Shown in pieces: positions 15,836 through 26,783 of a stretch of DNA of 64,000 bases. The notes beneath the pieces were generated by a model. The model was not told the origin of the DNA and made no database searches. It worked only from the letters and a program-made list of their open reading frames with translations. The first letter of the stretch is position 1. Every line of letters begins with the position of its first letter. The stretch comes from a virus (taxonomy: Duplodnaviria > Caudoviricetes). The position numbers were made by a program, and so were the translations under genes. Location: positions 1 to 64,000 of the IMG/VR virus record IMGVR_UViG_3300032038_000011; one strand, written 5' to 3'.

Positions 15836-18800
15836 TTATTCAAATATAAAGTCGATGGATTGGTCGGTATCATTCCATTCTAAATGGGCTTTTTCTGTGC
15901 CATTTAAATTTAAACCTAATTTTAAAGCACTTAATAGGCCATCTTTTGTATAAGTATATCGAAATGAATAACTATCAATACCTGTAGTACTTTGACTTGT
16001 TGCTCCAACTAAATATAATTTAGAAGTGCTATTAGAAGAAGCGACTTTTTTCGCGGCAATAAGTGCAGAATTCGCGGTTGCCGCGAGAACTGTTGAACTT
16101 GAACTAATACCATCATTTAATTTTGTAACACCATATATACTAGTAGAAGCAGTTGTAATTGATTGTGCGGTTCCTGACTGTCCTAATACAGTTACATTAA
16201 CAGTAGGTGCATCAGAATCTGTTCCTGCTCCAATTGTAATACTTGGACTAATATTAGCCCATTTTGGTGCGGCAGTTGCTCCATTGCCAACTAGAGCTTG
16301 TGTATTTGCTGTGCCACCAGTAGTTGGGGCATAGAACGAAGCAGTAGAAGATGCTTTACTACTATTATTAAGTGTTACTGCGGTACCACCTGCGTAAGTA
16401 GAATTAGCTACATTACCTAAACCGACATCACTTTTTGTTAGTGCAAGGGCAGTTTTAATAGTATCAATAGTGACAACATCCGCGGCGGTTCCATTAATTG
16501 TTCTAGTTAGTTTTTTGTTTGTAGAATCCCAAGTAACTGCGGTTACACCTGCGGAAGTAGGTACATACGAAGGTAGAGTTTTTTTCGTAGCAGTAATTAC
16601 ACCGTTAGCATCTTGGCTTATAGTGTCAATAAATGTTGTAGAAGTTGAAGTTGAAGCTGTTGGGTCAGACTTGGCGGTTTGTTTTACTTTATAAGAACTC
16701 TCATCACCAAGTAAATTCCATTTACTATTGCCCCATACATATTCCTGCGAACCATATAACACAACATCGCCTGCGACCGCGGTTACATTTGAACCACTTA
16801 TTGTTACGGTAGCAGTTGTATTTGCTGTGCCAGTGGATACATTTGTAGTTGTAACGCCTAGAAAATGCATTGCGTTTGAAAGACCTAAATCTGCGAGAGT
16901 AACTGCACCAGTCTTTCCTGCAACACTAGTTACACCAGTACTAGAAGTTAAATATGTATTAGTGTCTAAACTCCAGGTATTAGCCGCGGTTTTCTTTAAA
17001 AAGCCGGAAGTTCCAGAAAGAGCTTCTATTGCTTTTAAATCATCGGCTCCAGTTACGCCTGATAAAGCTACAGCACTCGCTGTATTGGCATTACCATTTA
17101 AAATAACATTTCCACTCGCATCAGAATATACAATCCATTTGCTATGTTTACGAGAATAAATACCACCATTACCAGAAGTACCAACAATAAAAGCAACTTG
17201 GTTAGGATTAGTAGATTGAGTATTATTTACTTCAACTCCACATTCTCCTGCTTTTGTAATAGTAAGAGAATTAGTCATTGTATCTCCGCTCTTACTAACT
17301 TTTCCGCTAATATCTTGGTGACTTGTTAGAGCAGTAGCCCATTCGCCTTTATTATTTAAAAATTTAGTTGCGTCAGTTCCTAATTGCGGTCCATTTGTAA
17401 TAGTATGGGCTCCATTAAATTTAGCTAAATACCCACTAGTACCAGAACCTGTTACATTATTTGTAATACTAGGAGTAACAGTTACAGTTTGAGCTGTACC
17501 GCCTAATGGAGTTACTTTAAATCCATTAGTTCCGTTTTCAAAAGTATAAGTTGTATTATTATCAGTAAACTTAGCATCGCTAGGAACATCTTTATTTACA
17601 GTATGACCATTAACAGTAACGGCATCACCAATATATTCTTGAAACTTACCATTATGATACCAGAATAGCTTATTTTCCAAATAGAAATTTAATTGGTAGC
17701 CGCCTGCGTAAGAACTATTGTAATAAGGAAAACCTAAAAACCAATATACATAACTATCAGCACTAGTAGGAATATCTTGTGTCCAAGCACGCTTATAGTT
17801 TTGATTATTGTAACTAACTGTAAGTGGTGCTAGATAAAATAATCCATCAGCCCCTATTGTGCCTCTTAAATATACGGCTTTATATCTTTCTAATCCTAAT
17901 GTAGTTAAAGTGCTAGAAACTACACAGTTATCTGTATATCTAAAGTCTATACCGTGAATAGATTGGTCTATACCGGGCGTTACTTCTGCACCAGTAGCAA
18001 AATTACTGCTAGTATTATAAAATAATCCTTTAGTCAAGTCAAACCCTGCTGTATTATATACTCTACTAACATTGATACTAGTGGTAGTACTAGTATAACC
18101 ATTACTATATAGAGAAATACCTTGTGCGTGATTATCTCTATCAAAACCGAATATAGCTGAACCTGGAAGTCGGAAATTAGAACTAACTATCATACTATTA
18201 TTACCTGCATATAAACGGGCAATCGTATCAGAATCTCCTGTTTCCTGCAATCCGTTTGAAGTAGCATTAAAAGTACGCCATACATAATTAGATGGTGTAG
18301 CTGATGTGTAAGCTTTCGGAGGATTAAAAAAAGCAGCAGTACAATTTCTAGTTTCTATAATATCAATGTGAATATTTTTATTTACTGTTGTATCACCATA
18401 TGAACTAGCTAATCTATAACCAAATTCATGTGGATAAGAACTAGAAGCACCTTCTAAAATAACATGTTGATAAATGGGATATTTATTATAATATGAATTA
18501 AATATTTTATAAGCCCCATAAGTATTACGTACGCCATAAATTTCAACGTCTGCTCTATAAGTATAAGTTGTATCACTTGGAACTTCTATGGTAATTATAT
18601 AATGTAATAACCACATTTGTTCAAAAGAAGTAGGGGTTATAGAACCAAGCATTTCATAATAATGTGTTCCACTACCATCTTGCCCATATTTTCCCGTACT
18701 AAAAGAAGCGCTTTTAATTGGCTTAATATTATCAGTTTTAATATCCGCCATAGTTGCAGCTTTATTTGTAGTTGCGTTATAAGCAGTATTAAAATTATAA

Positions 18801-18874
18801 GTCGTATCTTTTATATTACAAACATCACCATTAGGTAATTCAATTTTACTTATTGTATATTCATTATTCGCCAT
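15836..18874 (-). CDS. Large tail fibre/structural protein
   Basis: Thr/Ser/Gly-rich; HTVNKDVP.DAKFTD, HQDISGK, VTSVAGKTGAV, DVGLGNV fibre motifs. Confidence 0.7.
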   Translation of the reverse strand: MANNEYTISKIELPNGDVCNIKDTTYNFNTAYNATTNKAATMADIKTDNIKPIKSASFSTGKYGQDGSGTHYYEMLGSITPTSFEQMWLLHYIITIEVPSDTTYTYRADVEIYGVRNTYGAYKIFNSYYNKYPIYQHVILEGASSSYPHEFGYRLASSYGDTTVNKNIHIDIIETRNCTAAFFNPPKAYTSATPSNYVWRTFNATSNGLQETGDSDTIARLYAGNNSMIVSSNFRLPGSAIFGFDRDNHAQGISLYSNGYTSTTTSINVSRVYNTAGFDLTKGLFYNTSSNFATGAEVTPGIDQSIHGIDFRYTDNCVVSSTLTTLGLERYKAVYLRGTIGADGLFYLAPLTVSYNNQNYKRAWTQDIPTSADSYVYWFLGFPYYNSSYAGGYQLNFYLENKLFWYHNGKFQEYIGDAVTVNGHTVNKDVPSDAKFTDNNTTYTFENGTNGFKVTPLGGTAQTVTVTPSITNNVTGSGTSGYLAKFNGAHTITNGPQLGTDATKFLNNKGEWATALTSHQDISGKVSKSGDTMTNSLTITKAGECGVEVNNTQSTNPNQVAFIVGTSGNGGIYSRKHSKWIVYSDASGNVILNGNANTASAVALSGVTGADDLKAIEALSGTSGFLKKTAANTWSLDTNTYLTSSTGVTSVAGKTGAVTLADLGLSNAMHFLGVTTTNVSTGTANTTATVTISGSNVTAVAGDVVLYGSQEYVWGNSKWNLLGDESSYKVKQTAKSDPTASTSTSTTFIDTISQDANGVITATKKTLPSYVPTSAGVTAVTWDSTNKKLTRTINGTAADVVTIDTIKTALALTKSDVGLGNVANSTYAGGTAVTLNNSSKASSTASFYAPTTGGTANTQALVGNGATAAPKWANISPSITIGAGTDSDAPTVNVTVLGQSGTAQSITTASTSIYGVTKLNDGISSSSTVLAATANSALIAAKKVASSNSTSKLYLVGATSQSTTGIDSYSFRYTYTKDGLLSALKLGLNLNGTEKAHLEWNDTDQSIDFIFE

Positions 18875-18922
18875 TTTCTCACCCCTTCAATAAAAGTAAA
18901 TGGTATAAATACCATTTACTTT

Positions 18923-20458
18923 TTATTGACCATGAGTTAGTGTTAATCCAGTAGAATTTGTTAATACAGTAACACTATCTTTATTATTCCACTGAGTATT
19001 TGCTCCAGAAGCAGTAGCTTTAATATTTGTTGTTGTAGGAGTAACTGTAATTGTACTACCAGTACCAAGTACTTCATCCGTAACAATATTTGGATAACCA
19101 GTAACTGCGTTAGCAGTACCATTAGCTCCTACAGCAGTTCCAGAAGCTGAACCACCAATATATTTAGTTGTTTTACTAATATCTGTTGCTACAGAAATAA
19201 TACCAGAGTCTTCATCATCCGCACCAGTAGCAAGAGTTACAGTTGGTTGAGTAACAGAGAAAGTTGAATCTGCTCCTATAACATTACTTGCGGCAGGAGT
19301 TCCAGAACCACTTAAAGCAGAAACAGTAGTTCCACTTGCAACAGATTCAACAATTGTTGCTCCAACATTTGTTGTAGTAGATGTGGCAACAGTAGAACCA
19401 GTTGCTACAGTAGTCGCGGAATCAGCTTTTTTAGCCGCAGTTACATCTGAAAAAGTAAATTGAGTAGTAGTTTGTGTATTTAATTTTTTTGCTCCAATAA
19501 CTAAAGTTTCATTGCTTACACTAACATTAGCTAGGAAATCTGCATTAGAAGTAGAATTAGCTGCTCCACTTACTGTTGTTTGACTTGTAGCAGCAGTTGC
19601 TTTTGATGCTGTAACAGTACCATTACATCCAGTGATACTGGTTGTAGATAATTTTTTACTAGTTGGAGAAACAGTTTTCAATACTGTTTCAAATTTAGGA
19701 CTAGTAATTCCAGTTACAGCACTTTTAGAGTCTTTAGAATTCCAAGAGGTATTTGCACCACTTGCAGTTGCTTTTACATTAGTCTTAGTTGCAGTTGCGT
19801 TAGTTAATACACCAACTTTTCCTGTCGCAGTAGTATCTGCGGCGGAAAGAGAAATTGTTGGTTGAGCAGTAACTTTAACTCCTGTTAAAACTGTTGAAGT
19901 AGATGGAGAACCAAGACCAGTCATCGCAGATACGTTATCTCCGCTAGCTGAAGTGCTTTTAATACCAGTTGCAACACTAATAACTCCAGTTCCTGCTGTA
20001 GCTCCTGTTGCTAAAGAAATAGTTGGCTGAGTGATAGTAAAAGTTGAGCCTGTACCGATAACAGTATCAGTTTTCTTATCAATAGCTACATCAGTTAAAA
20101 TATTAGCTAAATTTAATCTCGTATCTCCAATTTTTTCCCAAAACCAAGTTGTATCATCATTTACATTTGGTTTTATTACTACATATTCATCATATACATC
20201 TAAAGTTTGTTCTGAAGGAGTAGTTGAAGATTTTACTAAATAAAAAGCTCCTGGAGTCGCATCTTTTGCCGCTAAAGTTCCTGTTACAGAGCCAGCTTTC
20301 ACGCCAGCCGGGATATTTGCCGCGGTAGCTGTACCAGTTCCATTCCAAGCAACAATAAAAGAACCACCATTTATAAAATTTCTTGCAACTTCGTCTTTTA
20401 TATTATACGTAGTACCAGAAGGTAACGTTATTTTACTAATATCTGCCATAATTTCCAC
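18923..20458 (-). CDS. Thr/Ala-rich structural (fibre-like) protein
   Basis: ISKITLP.G.TYNIKD N-terminus shared with its neighbour; internal repeats. Confidence 0.65.
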   Translation of the reverse strand: MEIMADISKITLPSGTTYNIKDEVARNFINGGSFIVAWNGTGTATAANIPAGVKAGSVTGTLAAKDATPGAFYLVKSSTTPSEQTLDVYDEYVVIKPNVNDDTTWFWEKIGDTRLNLANILTDVAIDKKTDTVIGTGSTFTITQPTISLATGATAGTGVISVATGIKSTSASGDNVSAMTGLGSPSTSTVLTGVKVTAQPTISLSAADTTATGKVGVLTNATATKTNVKATASGANTSWNSKDSKSAVTGITSPKFETVLKTVSPTSKKLSTTSITGCNGTVTASKATAATSQTTVSGAANSTSNADFLANVSVSNETLVIGAKKLNTQTTTQFTFSDVTAAKKADSATTVATGSTVATSTTTNVGATIVESVASGTTVSALSGSGTPAASNVIGADSTFSVTQPTVTLATGADDEDSGIISVATDISKTTKYIGGSASGTAVGANGTANAVTGYPNIVTDEVLGTGSTITVTPTTTNIKATASGANTQWNNKDSVTVLTNSTGLTLTHGQ

Positions 20459-20461
20459 CTC

Positions 20462-20983
20462 TTAATTGCGGTTTAATATTAAAGTTTCACCATTTACAGA
20501 ATCTTCACAATTTAATTTATTATTCCATTTATTGCGTTCTTCTGCTGTAATATGCCGTATTGTATCATTAATATGATTTAATAAATCTTCAGCTATATCA
20601 TCTCCAACAAAAGGCAAATCAACGCAATAAGCAAGACCATCTCCAATTTTAATTCCTGCTATTGTTGTGTTATTTCGTAAAGTTGACTTATCTGTATAAA
20701 GAATTATATCTCCTTTATTCGGAATATAAGTTAAATTATTGCTCCAATCTGCGGTTGAACCAATTTTTATTTCTTTACCATTTATTGTAGCTGCGTCAAT
20801 AAAAGGTAAATTTATAACTTTTGTACTTCCATCTCCTACCTTTAAACGAGAAAAAGGGTGAGTATCATCAGCTGAATAAATGATGACCTCACCCTGTTTT
20901 GGCACAAAATTTGTCGCCAAGTTCCAATGTGCTTCAGTATCATTTTTCAACTGAATTCTCGTTTTTATGGTGTTTGTTGCCAT
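20462..20983 (-). CDS. Mtd_N/hyaluronidase N-terminal-like structural protein
   Basis: RIQLKNDTEAHW...GEVIIY...LKVGDG motif, twice. Confidence 0.7.
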   Translation of the reverse strand: MATNTIKTRIQLKNDTEAHWNLATNFVPKQGEVIIYSADDTHPFSRLKVGDGSTKVINLPFIDAATINGKEIKIGSTADWSNNLTYIPNKGDIILYTDKSTLRNNTTIAGIKIGDGLAYCVDLPFVGDDIAEDLLNHINDTIRHITAEERNKWNNKLNCEDSVNGETLILNRN

Positions 20984-21017
20984 AAAATCACCTACTTGGC
21001 ATCATTTCAGCCAATTA

Positions 21018-22622
21018 TTAATTCATTAAGAACCATTTTATATCTTTATTCTTACTTATAATAATGTTCATATCAACATTACCTTTAATACCAGCAATTT
21101 TTCCGGTACTAGTATACTGCCATAAATCACATTCAAAAGCAGGTTTTTTACTGCCTTCTATAGTTCCATCATTTTTATTATACCGCGGAATCCACGTAAA
21201 GTCAAATAAATCACTAATAGATGAATAATTATAATCATTATAATGATTATGTGCTACATAACAACCAATTTTTTTAATACCTTGCGTGCGAAGTTCCTTT
21301 GCGAAAGTTTTAATAGCCAAATTAGTTATTTTAGCTTCTTCCGCATCCATTACATAAAATAATGGATTATATTTTGAAGAGTATTCAACCATTTTTCTTA
21401 CTTCATCTTTAGCTTTTTCAGTTGTGCTAGCGTAAGAATAACAATATACTCCAAATGGAATATTATATTTAATCATTTCTTTTGCGTATTCATCTAATTT
21501 AATGTCTTTATCAGAACCACAAGACGCACGAACAATAACAAGAGAAACTTCATCCTTTAATTTATTAAAATCTATTTTCCCTTGCCATTTTGAAATGTCA
21601 ATTATTTTTCCATCTAAATTATAAGTAGTTTCTTTTTTAATTGGTTCTACTTTTTTGTCATTTTCTGGACTAGAATTTTTTTTTATAGGCCAAAAAATAA
21701 ATGCTTGTTTTAAACATTTTTTAAATTTACTTTTTTCTTGTTTTCTTGGAGTAGTATCTTTATTTGGGTCATTAGCATAAAAATATGTATTATCTACTCC
21801 ACGAGCAACAATAAAATGACCTTGAGAAGTCCAAAACTTATTATCATTTGAATTCATACTACAAACCGCGAGAGCACCTTCACGAAGTGCGGCTTCAAGA
21901 GTAGCAATACTAGACGTTGCAATATATTTTTCAAAGCAATCAAATTTTTTGAAAATCCATTTAAAAAAATCCCAATCAGTTCCCTTATTATATGTTCTAT
22001 AACCATTATCTACTGCCCATTTACTTGTTTCAATGGGTGTAATTTTAGGATCTTCCCAAGTAGCAAGAATCATTGCCATAGAGGTAGTCCCGCAGCCACT
22101 ATTGCCAATTGTTTGCTTACTTGTGTGAGTGCTATATTTAACATTCTTCCATTTTGAATCCCACTGTAAATATTTAACACACTTATTTAATATTTTATCT
22201 GTTGATGGAGTTATAGTTTTACCAACAATTAATGCGGCCCAAGTCTTTGGTCCACAAATGCCATCTGCTTCAAGACCACAAGCACTTTGAAATGCTGCAA
22301 CTGCCTTTTTGGTTTTAGAACCATATTCTCCATCTACATTTAATCCGCCAATCAAAATTTGAATTGCACAAGTATACACACTCTTTTTATTTTTACTAGT
22401 AGAACAAGTTGGCAGTTCTTTTCCCATCGCAATCCAATCATCATCATTAATAATTCCATTGGCGGTTAAATTATGTTCTTTTTGCCATTTTATAATAAAA
22501 GTTTTAAAGGCGTCGTCAAATGTTTCAGACGCCTTTAAAATTTTTGCATATTTAGTTAAATATTGGGCTACGGCAACTAGTTTATCAGTATCTTTAACTT
22601 GAATAGTTTTTAGCATAATCAT
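21018..22622 (-). CDS. Second modular lysin: PG-binding x2 + C39-like peptidase + GH25
   Basis: DGICGPKTW; YLQWD...SGCG.TSMAM...GHFIV...NDP; IDISKWQG...LWQYTS...VDMN. Confidence 0.85.
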   Translation of the reverse strand: MIMLKTIQVKDTDKLVAVAQYLTKYAKILKASETFDDAFKTFIIKWQKEHNLTANGIINDDDWIAMGKELPTCSTSKNKKSVYTCAIQILIGGLNVDGEYGSKTKKAVAAFQSACGLEADGICGPKTWAALIVGKTITPSTDKILNKCVKYLQWDSKWKNVKYSTHTSKQTIGNSGCGTTSMAMILATWEDPKITPIETSKWAVDNGYRTYNKGTDWDFFKWIFKKFDCFEKYIATSSIATLEAALREGALAVCSMNSNDNKFWTSQGHFIVARGVDNTYFYANDPNKDTTPRKQEKSKFKKCLKQAFIFWPIKKNSSPENDKKVEPIKKETTYNLDGKIIDISKWQGKIDFNKLKDEVSLVIVRASCGSDKDIKLDEYAKEMIKYNIPFGVYCYSYASTTEKAKDEVRKMVEYSSKYNPLFYVMDAEEAKITNLAIKTFAKELRTQGIKKIGCYVAHNHYNDYNYSSISDLFDFTWIPRYNKNDGTIEGSKKPAFECDLWQYTSTGKIAGIKGNVDMNIIISKNKDIKWFLMN

Positions 22623-22753
22623 TCCTCCTCTATATCATCAGGAATTTCACGCTCTATAATATTGCCTTTACCATCTCTAATTAAAATTATATTAGATTCC
22701 CAATCTTCGGGAATATCACATTCTTGCTCATAAAATAAAATTTCTTCTTTCAT
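22619..22753 (-). CDS. 44-aa acidic hypothetical protein
   Basis: Hand translation, GGAG RBS, overlaps the lysin start. Confidence 0.5.
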   Translation of the reverse strand: MKEEILFYEQECDIPEDWESNIILIRDGKGNIIEREIPDDIEEE

Positions 22754-22764
22754 ATTAGCTCTCC

Positions 22765-24123
22765 TTAATTAATTATTTCAGTAGCAGAGCCACAATTAAA
22801 AATTAAAATAGTATTATCAGTTTGTTTTAAATTTCTTACTTCTCCATTAAAAGCAATTTCATTAAAATTAATTGCATTATTAGTTGGAGTTACTTCTGTT
22901 ATGGCTCCTGTTTTATCTACACTATTAATAGTAGTAATAGGAATAAGAACATTTACTCCTTTATTAGAAATTGTTAATTCAGTTCCATTAACAGAAACTT
23001 TCTCTAAAACGTTAACTTGAGCGTTTTCTTCAATCGCAGCAAGTTTAGAATCTTGAGCGTCGGTAATTAAATGATCTGTGCCATTTTTAGGGACATAAGT
23101 GCTTGCCGCGGTTGTAGAATCCAATTTATTACTAATTTCATTTTGTAAATCTTGTACTAAATCAGATTTTTTTATATTACCTCGAATAGCATAGCTTCCT
23201 TCGTCACCAATTAATTCCCAACCAATATTATCATCAGTCCAAACAAATTCTAAATCACTAGTAATAGTTTCTGAGCCAACTATTTTAGAAGTACGGTATA
23301 AAACTACATCACCAACGGCTAAATTAGTTTTAAGAGTACCATTAATAGTTGGATAAGTATAATTTTCAACTTTACCTTCTTTAATTTCAGTAGAAGATAC
23401 GCCAATAAAAGTCATAGCTTTACTTAACTTATCTGTTACATAAGTAGTAATATCTGCCATTGTTGCGGCTTTATTAGTGTCTTTATTATAAGTGGTATTA
23501 AATTCTAAATCTGAAATTTTATTTAAATGAATATCTGGTAAATCTTCTTCTATCAAAGCAGAACTTGTCGCAGAAATATTTAATCCATCTTGTGTTAAAG
23601 TTCTAATAATTTTAGTAGGATAAGTAACTACAGGAGGATCGTCTTCAGAAAGAGGATTAGAATTAAAAACTTCTCTAGTTTGTCCAGTTAATTGAGATTG
23701 TAATTGATTTAATGCACTACTTAAAGCATCGGCACTAATACCTGAAGAAACAATACCACCAATAGAAGTTTTAATATCAGAGATAGCTTGTTGAATAGTT
23801 TTATCATTTGTTGTATTATAGGTTACATAAATATTATCTGCACTAGGTCTATCTGCCGCTTTGGCCCAGCCATAAACATCTCCTGCAATAGCTTGAATCC
23901 AAGGCAATTCACTAAATTTATGAGAACCATCACCAACTTTAATTCCTATAGCATAAGGTGATAATTGATCTGCTACTGGATCTCCAACAACAGTTGTTCC
24001 ATTAGTATTTGGAATAATAGCTACGCATAACTCTCCAGATAATGGTATAAAAGTACTAGCATTCCAATTAACTAAAGTGTCATACTTGGATTGTATTCTA
24101 GTTTTTAAAGTATTTATTGCCAT
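22765..24123 (-). CDS. Mtd_N-like structural protein
   Basis: TRIQSKYDT..NW...GE...IKVGDG motif. Confidence 0.65.
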   Translation of the reverse strand: MAINTLKTRIQSKYDTLVNWNASTFIPLSGELCVAIIPNTNGTTVVGDPVADQLSPYAIGIKVGDGSHKFSELPWIQAIAGDVYGWAKAADRPSADNIYVTYNTTNDKTIQQAISDIKTSIGGIVSSGISADALSSALNQLQSQLTGQTREVFNSNPLSEDDPPVVTYPTKIIRTLTQDGLNISATSSALIEEDLPDIHLNKISDLEFNTTYNKDTNKAATMADITTYVTDKLSKAMTFIGVSSTEIKEGKVENYTYPTINGTLKTNLAVGDVVLYRTSKIVGSETITSDLEFVWTDDNIGWELIGDEGSYAIRGNIKKSDLVQDLQNEISNKLDSTTAASTYVPKNGTDHLITDAQDSKLAAIEENAQVNVLEKVSVNGTELTISNKGVNVLIPITTINSVDKTGAITEVTPTNNAINFNEIAFNGEVRNLKQTDNTILIFNCGSATEIIN

Positions 24124-24136
24124 TTAAATCACCCCT

Positions 24137-25084
24137 TTATGCAGTTCCACCATTTAAAATAAATTCACTTCCATCAGGGACGAATAATTTATCTGTAGAA
24201 ACTCTATTAACTTCCATAATGCCAAGAGCACTAACTGAAATTTTATTATCTAAATTAGAAGAATAAACTCCTCCTAGTACTGTAGAAGTAGCAATTGGAA
24301 TTTTATTAATATCAGAAGCAAGAACTCCACTATCAATAATAGAACCGTCCGCGGCAAAAGCAGGAACATGTCCTTCAGTATAATTTCCAGTCGTAGGTTT
24401 TTGCAAATAATTTGATAAATCAACTGAAGTATCTCCAATTTGAACTAATTGATTATCAATTACTATATATTCTTTATATTTATCAGGGCCACTAGAAGTG
24501 GTGTCTAAAATCATATAAATAGTATTAGGGTCAATAGCTTCTGAAGGTAATTCTGTAACTACTTGTCTTTTTAAATGTGGAGCTCTAACAATTGCATCAG
24601 TAATTGCGTTATCAACGTAATTTTTTGTTGAGGCTTCTGTAGAATATATAGGATCTCGTGCGAGAGTAATTAAAGCTCCATCTAATTTACCTTCAATTCT
24701 ATTATAATTAATTTTAGGAACAACCCAACGAGCTACATGATTTTTAATTTCTAGTTCTAATGTTGCGGGCCATTTTGATAAATCTTCTTCAATAATTTCT
24801 ACTTCTTGAGCATTTTCACTATCATAAGTCCAATAACTATAGCCATAACCTGCTATAGTAAATTGATTATTATTATTAGTAGTGATTAAAGCTCCATCTC
24901 CTGCTTTGCCTAAATTAATATAATTTAATTCATTAAAATGTTTTGAACCGTCGCCAATTTTTAATAAACCAGTATCAATTTCTGCTCCAAGTTCTCCTTT
25001 AGATAAAACAGGATTCCGAGAGGCCCAAGTTGCGGCTAAATCATTTCTAAGAATAAGAGTTGCTCTTACATTATTTTGTGCCAT
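24137..25084 (-). CDS. Mtd_N-like structural protein
   Basis: LRND.AA.W...NPVL.KGE.G.E.DTG..KIGDG. Confidence 0.7.
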   Translation of the reverse strand: MAQNNVRATLILRNDLAATWASRNPVLSKGELGAEIDTGLLKIGDGSKHFNELNYINLGKAGDGALITTNNNNQFTIAGYGYSYWTYDSENAQEVEIIEEDLSKWPATLELEIKNHVARWVVPKINYNRIEGKLDGALITLARDPIYSTEASTKNYVDNAITDAIVRAPHLKRQVVTELPSEAIDPNTIYMILDTTSSGPDKYKEYIVIDNQLVQIGDTSVDLSNYLQKPTTGNYTEGHVPAFAADGSIIDSGVLASDINKIPIATSTVLGGVYSSNLDNKISVSALGIMEVNRVSTDKLFVPDGSEFILNGGTA

Positions 25085-25467
25085 TATGCTTCGCCTCCAT
25101 TTATTATAGTATTAGTAATTAGCATTGCATTAACTGGAATATATTTGTTATCCCAATAATATAAAATTTTTTCAACCAAATCAAAATAAAATTTATCTAT
25201 TTCACCAATTGTTGGGAAATCATTATAATTAGCATAAATAATTTGTTTATCTTGCAGATAAGAACCAAATTTTTTCTTAAAGTCAGATTCTGTTCCTTCA
25301 AATCCACTATCCGCGGCTAATTTGAATAGTTGTTGAGAAAAAAAAGAAATCGACCAATCTTCCCAAGGATATATGCTTCCTAAACCTGCGGCGTGAGGTT
25401 TAGGAGGCATAATAGCTTTATCATATTCAAGTAATAAATCTCTTGTTTTAGCTCTTGCTTCAGACAT
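25084..25467 (-). CDS. Hypothetical structural protein
   Basis: ORF coupled to its neighbours; start taken at MSEAR. Confidence 0.6.
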   Translation of the reverse strand: MSEARAKTRDLLLEYDKAIMPPKPHAAGLGSIYPWEDWSISFFSQQLFKLAADSGFEGTESDFKKKFGSYLQDKQIIYANYNDFPTIGEIDKFYFDLVEKILYYWDNKYIPVNAMLITNTIINGGEA

Positions 25468-25822
25468 TTTGAGCCACTTCCTTAATTTCACAAATTGGAA
25501 GAGAAAAAGCCGCATAATAAGAATTTATTTCATCTCCTCCAATTAATAAGTTATCTTCATCATATTGAGGATTTCGATAAATTTTTATGTCCCAAAGATA
25601 TTTTTTTGGCTCTAAATTTACTGTGTCTTGATGATTAAAAGGAATGGTTAAAACTTCTTCAGTTAATTCAACCTCTTTTTCAAATACAGTAGTATGAGTC
25701 ATGGGATCGTAAATAGAAAATACCGCTATATCTCCATCCTCTACTGTTCCTTGAACAGGAATTGTAAAAGAACCAGTATCGCCGCGAGGAATGATTAAAC
25801 GTCGTTGAATTAACCTAATCAT
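25460..25822 (-). CDS. BppU-N-like baseplate/structural protein
   Basis: RGDT...F...DT..L....Y.WDI motif. Confidence 0.55.
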   Translation of the reverse strand: MIRLIQRRLIIPRGDTGSFTIPVQGTVEDGDIAVFSIYDPMTHTTVFEKEVELTEEVLTIPFNHQDTVNLEPKKYLWDIKIYRNPQYDEDNLLIGGDEINSYYAAFSLPICEIKEVAQNV

Positions 25823-25835
25823 TTAAATCACCTAC

Positions 25836-26426
25836 TTAACGATAATATCTGCGATAATACTGAGGATATTCATGGGTATAACGCATAAATTCCTCTTCTT
25901 CTTCATCACTATAATCACTTAAATTATAATTCGCATAATTACCTTCGCCGCGACGACGGAATTGTAAATTCTTGTCATTCATGGTGCGAATTTTTTCTGC
26001 ATAATGATGCTGTAATTCATTTTGTTGTTGTAAGATATAAGACATATCATAACCAGTACTTTCTAAATCCATCATCTTATTTTCAGCAGTTTGAATTTCT
26101 TTTTCAACATGCTCTATTAGATGGTCTAGCTTGCGTGCAGCTTCACGCTCATTCATTTGCTCTAAACGTCTTGCCATTTCAGATAAATATTGACGAGTTT
26201 CTTTTTCATATTCTAACCACTTTTTAAATCCATCTTTTACAGCAGTACGTTTAGTTCCTGCGTCAACATCATAACGAGTATAATTATACCAATTTTGTGG
26301 AATAACGTTATTAGCGTAATTTTTACCAGAATTGGCCATACTTGTCATTCCATTATTAAATAATCCATTATTATATAAGCCGTTATTTGGAATATTTTGA
26401 TTAAGATTATTCATAGCAACCTCCAA
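25836..26426 (-). CDS. Hypothetical protein (helical bundle)
   Basis: ORF track. Confidence 0.6.
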   Translation of the reverse strand: MEVAMNNLNQNIPNNGLYNNGLFNNGMTSMANSGKNYANNVIPQNWYNYTRYDVDAGTKRTAVKDGFKKWLEYEKETRQYLSEMARRLEQMNEREAARKLDHLIEHVEKEIQTAENKMMDLESTGYDMSYILQQQNELQHHYAEKIRTMNDKNLQFRRRGEGNYANYNLSDYSDEEEEEFMRYTHEYPQYYRRYYR

Positions 26427-26518
26427 GATTGAAAATATCTTTCACAAGAAAGGTATGTAACCAGAAAGAAGATTTTTCTATTTTCTTCTTTTAACAAAAA
26501 GAAGAGTAAGATAGAATC

Positions 26519-26716
26519 TTACTCTTCATTATATTTTCTTCCACAAAATGGGCAATAATTGCAAATTCTCATATTATTTGCCGCGTCTAAAAAGAATAGT
26601 TCTTTTTCTTTCTTCTTCTTTCGATCCCAACAAAAACCACAGCCAAATTCTTCTTCAGTTACAATAGTTTCTGGTTCTTGAGAAGCACGATAAGATTCTT
26701 CACTGTAAAATTTCAT
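26519..26716 (-). CDS. Small Zn-ribbon protein
   Basis: CGFC...YCPFCGRK. Confidence 0.6.
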   Translation of the reverse strand: MKFYSEESYRASQEPETIVTEEEFGCGFCWDRKKKKEKELFFLDAANNMRICNYCPFCGRKYNEE

Positions 26717-26783
26717 ACTTTTCCTCTTTACTATATTTTTAAAGATAATTTCTTATCTTGGTTTTACTATATCATAAAATTAC

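Noticed and set aside
8425-18874. Complete diversity-generating retroelement or tail-fibre shufflon
   Set aside because: No reverse transcriptase, template repeat, invertase or inverted fibre cassettes in the window
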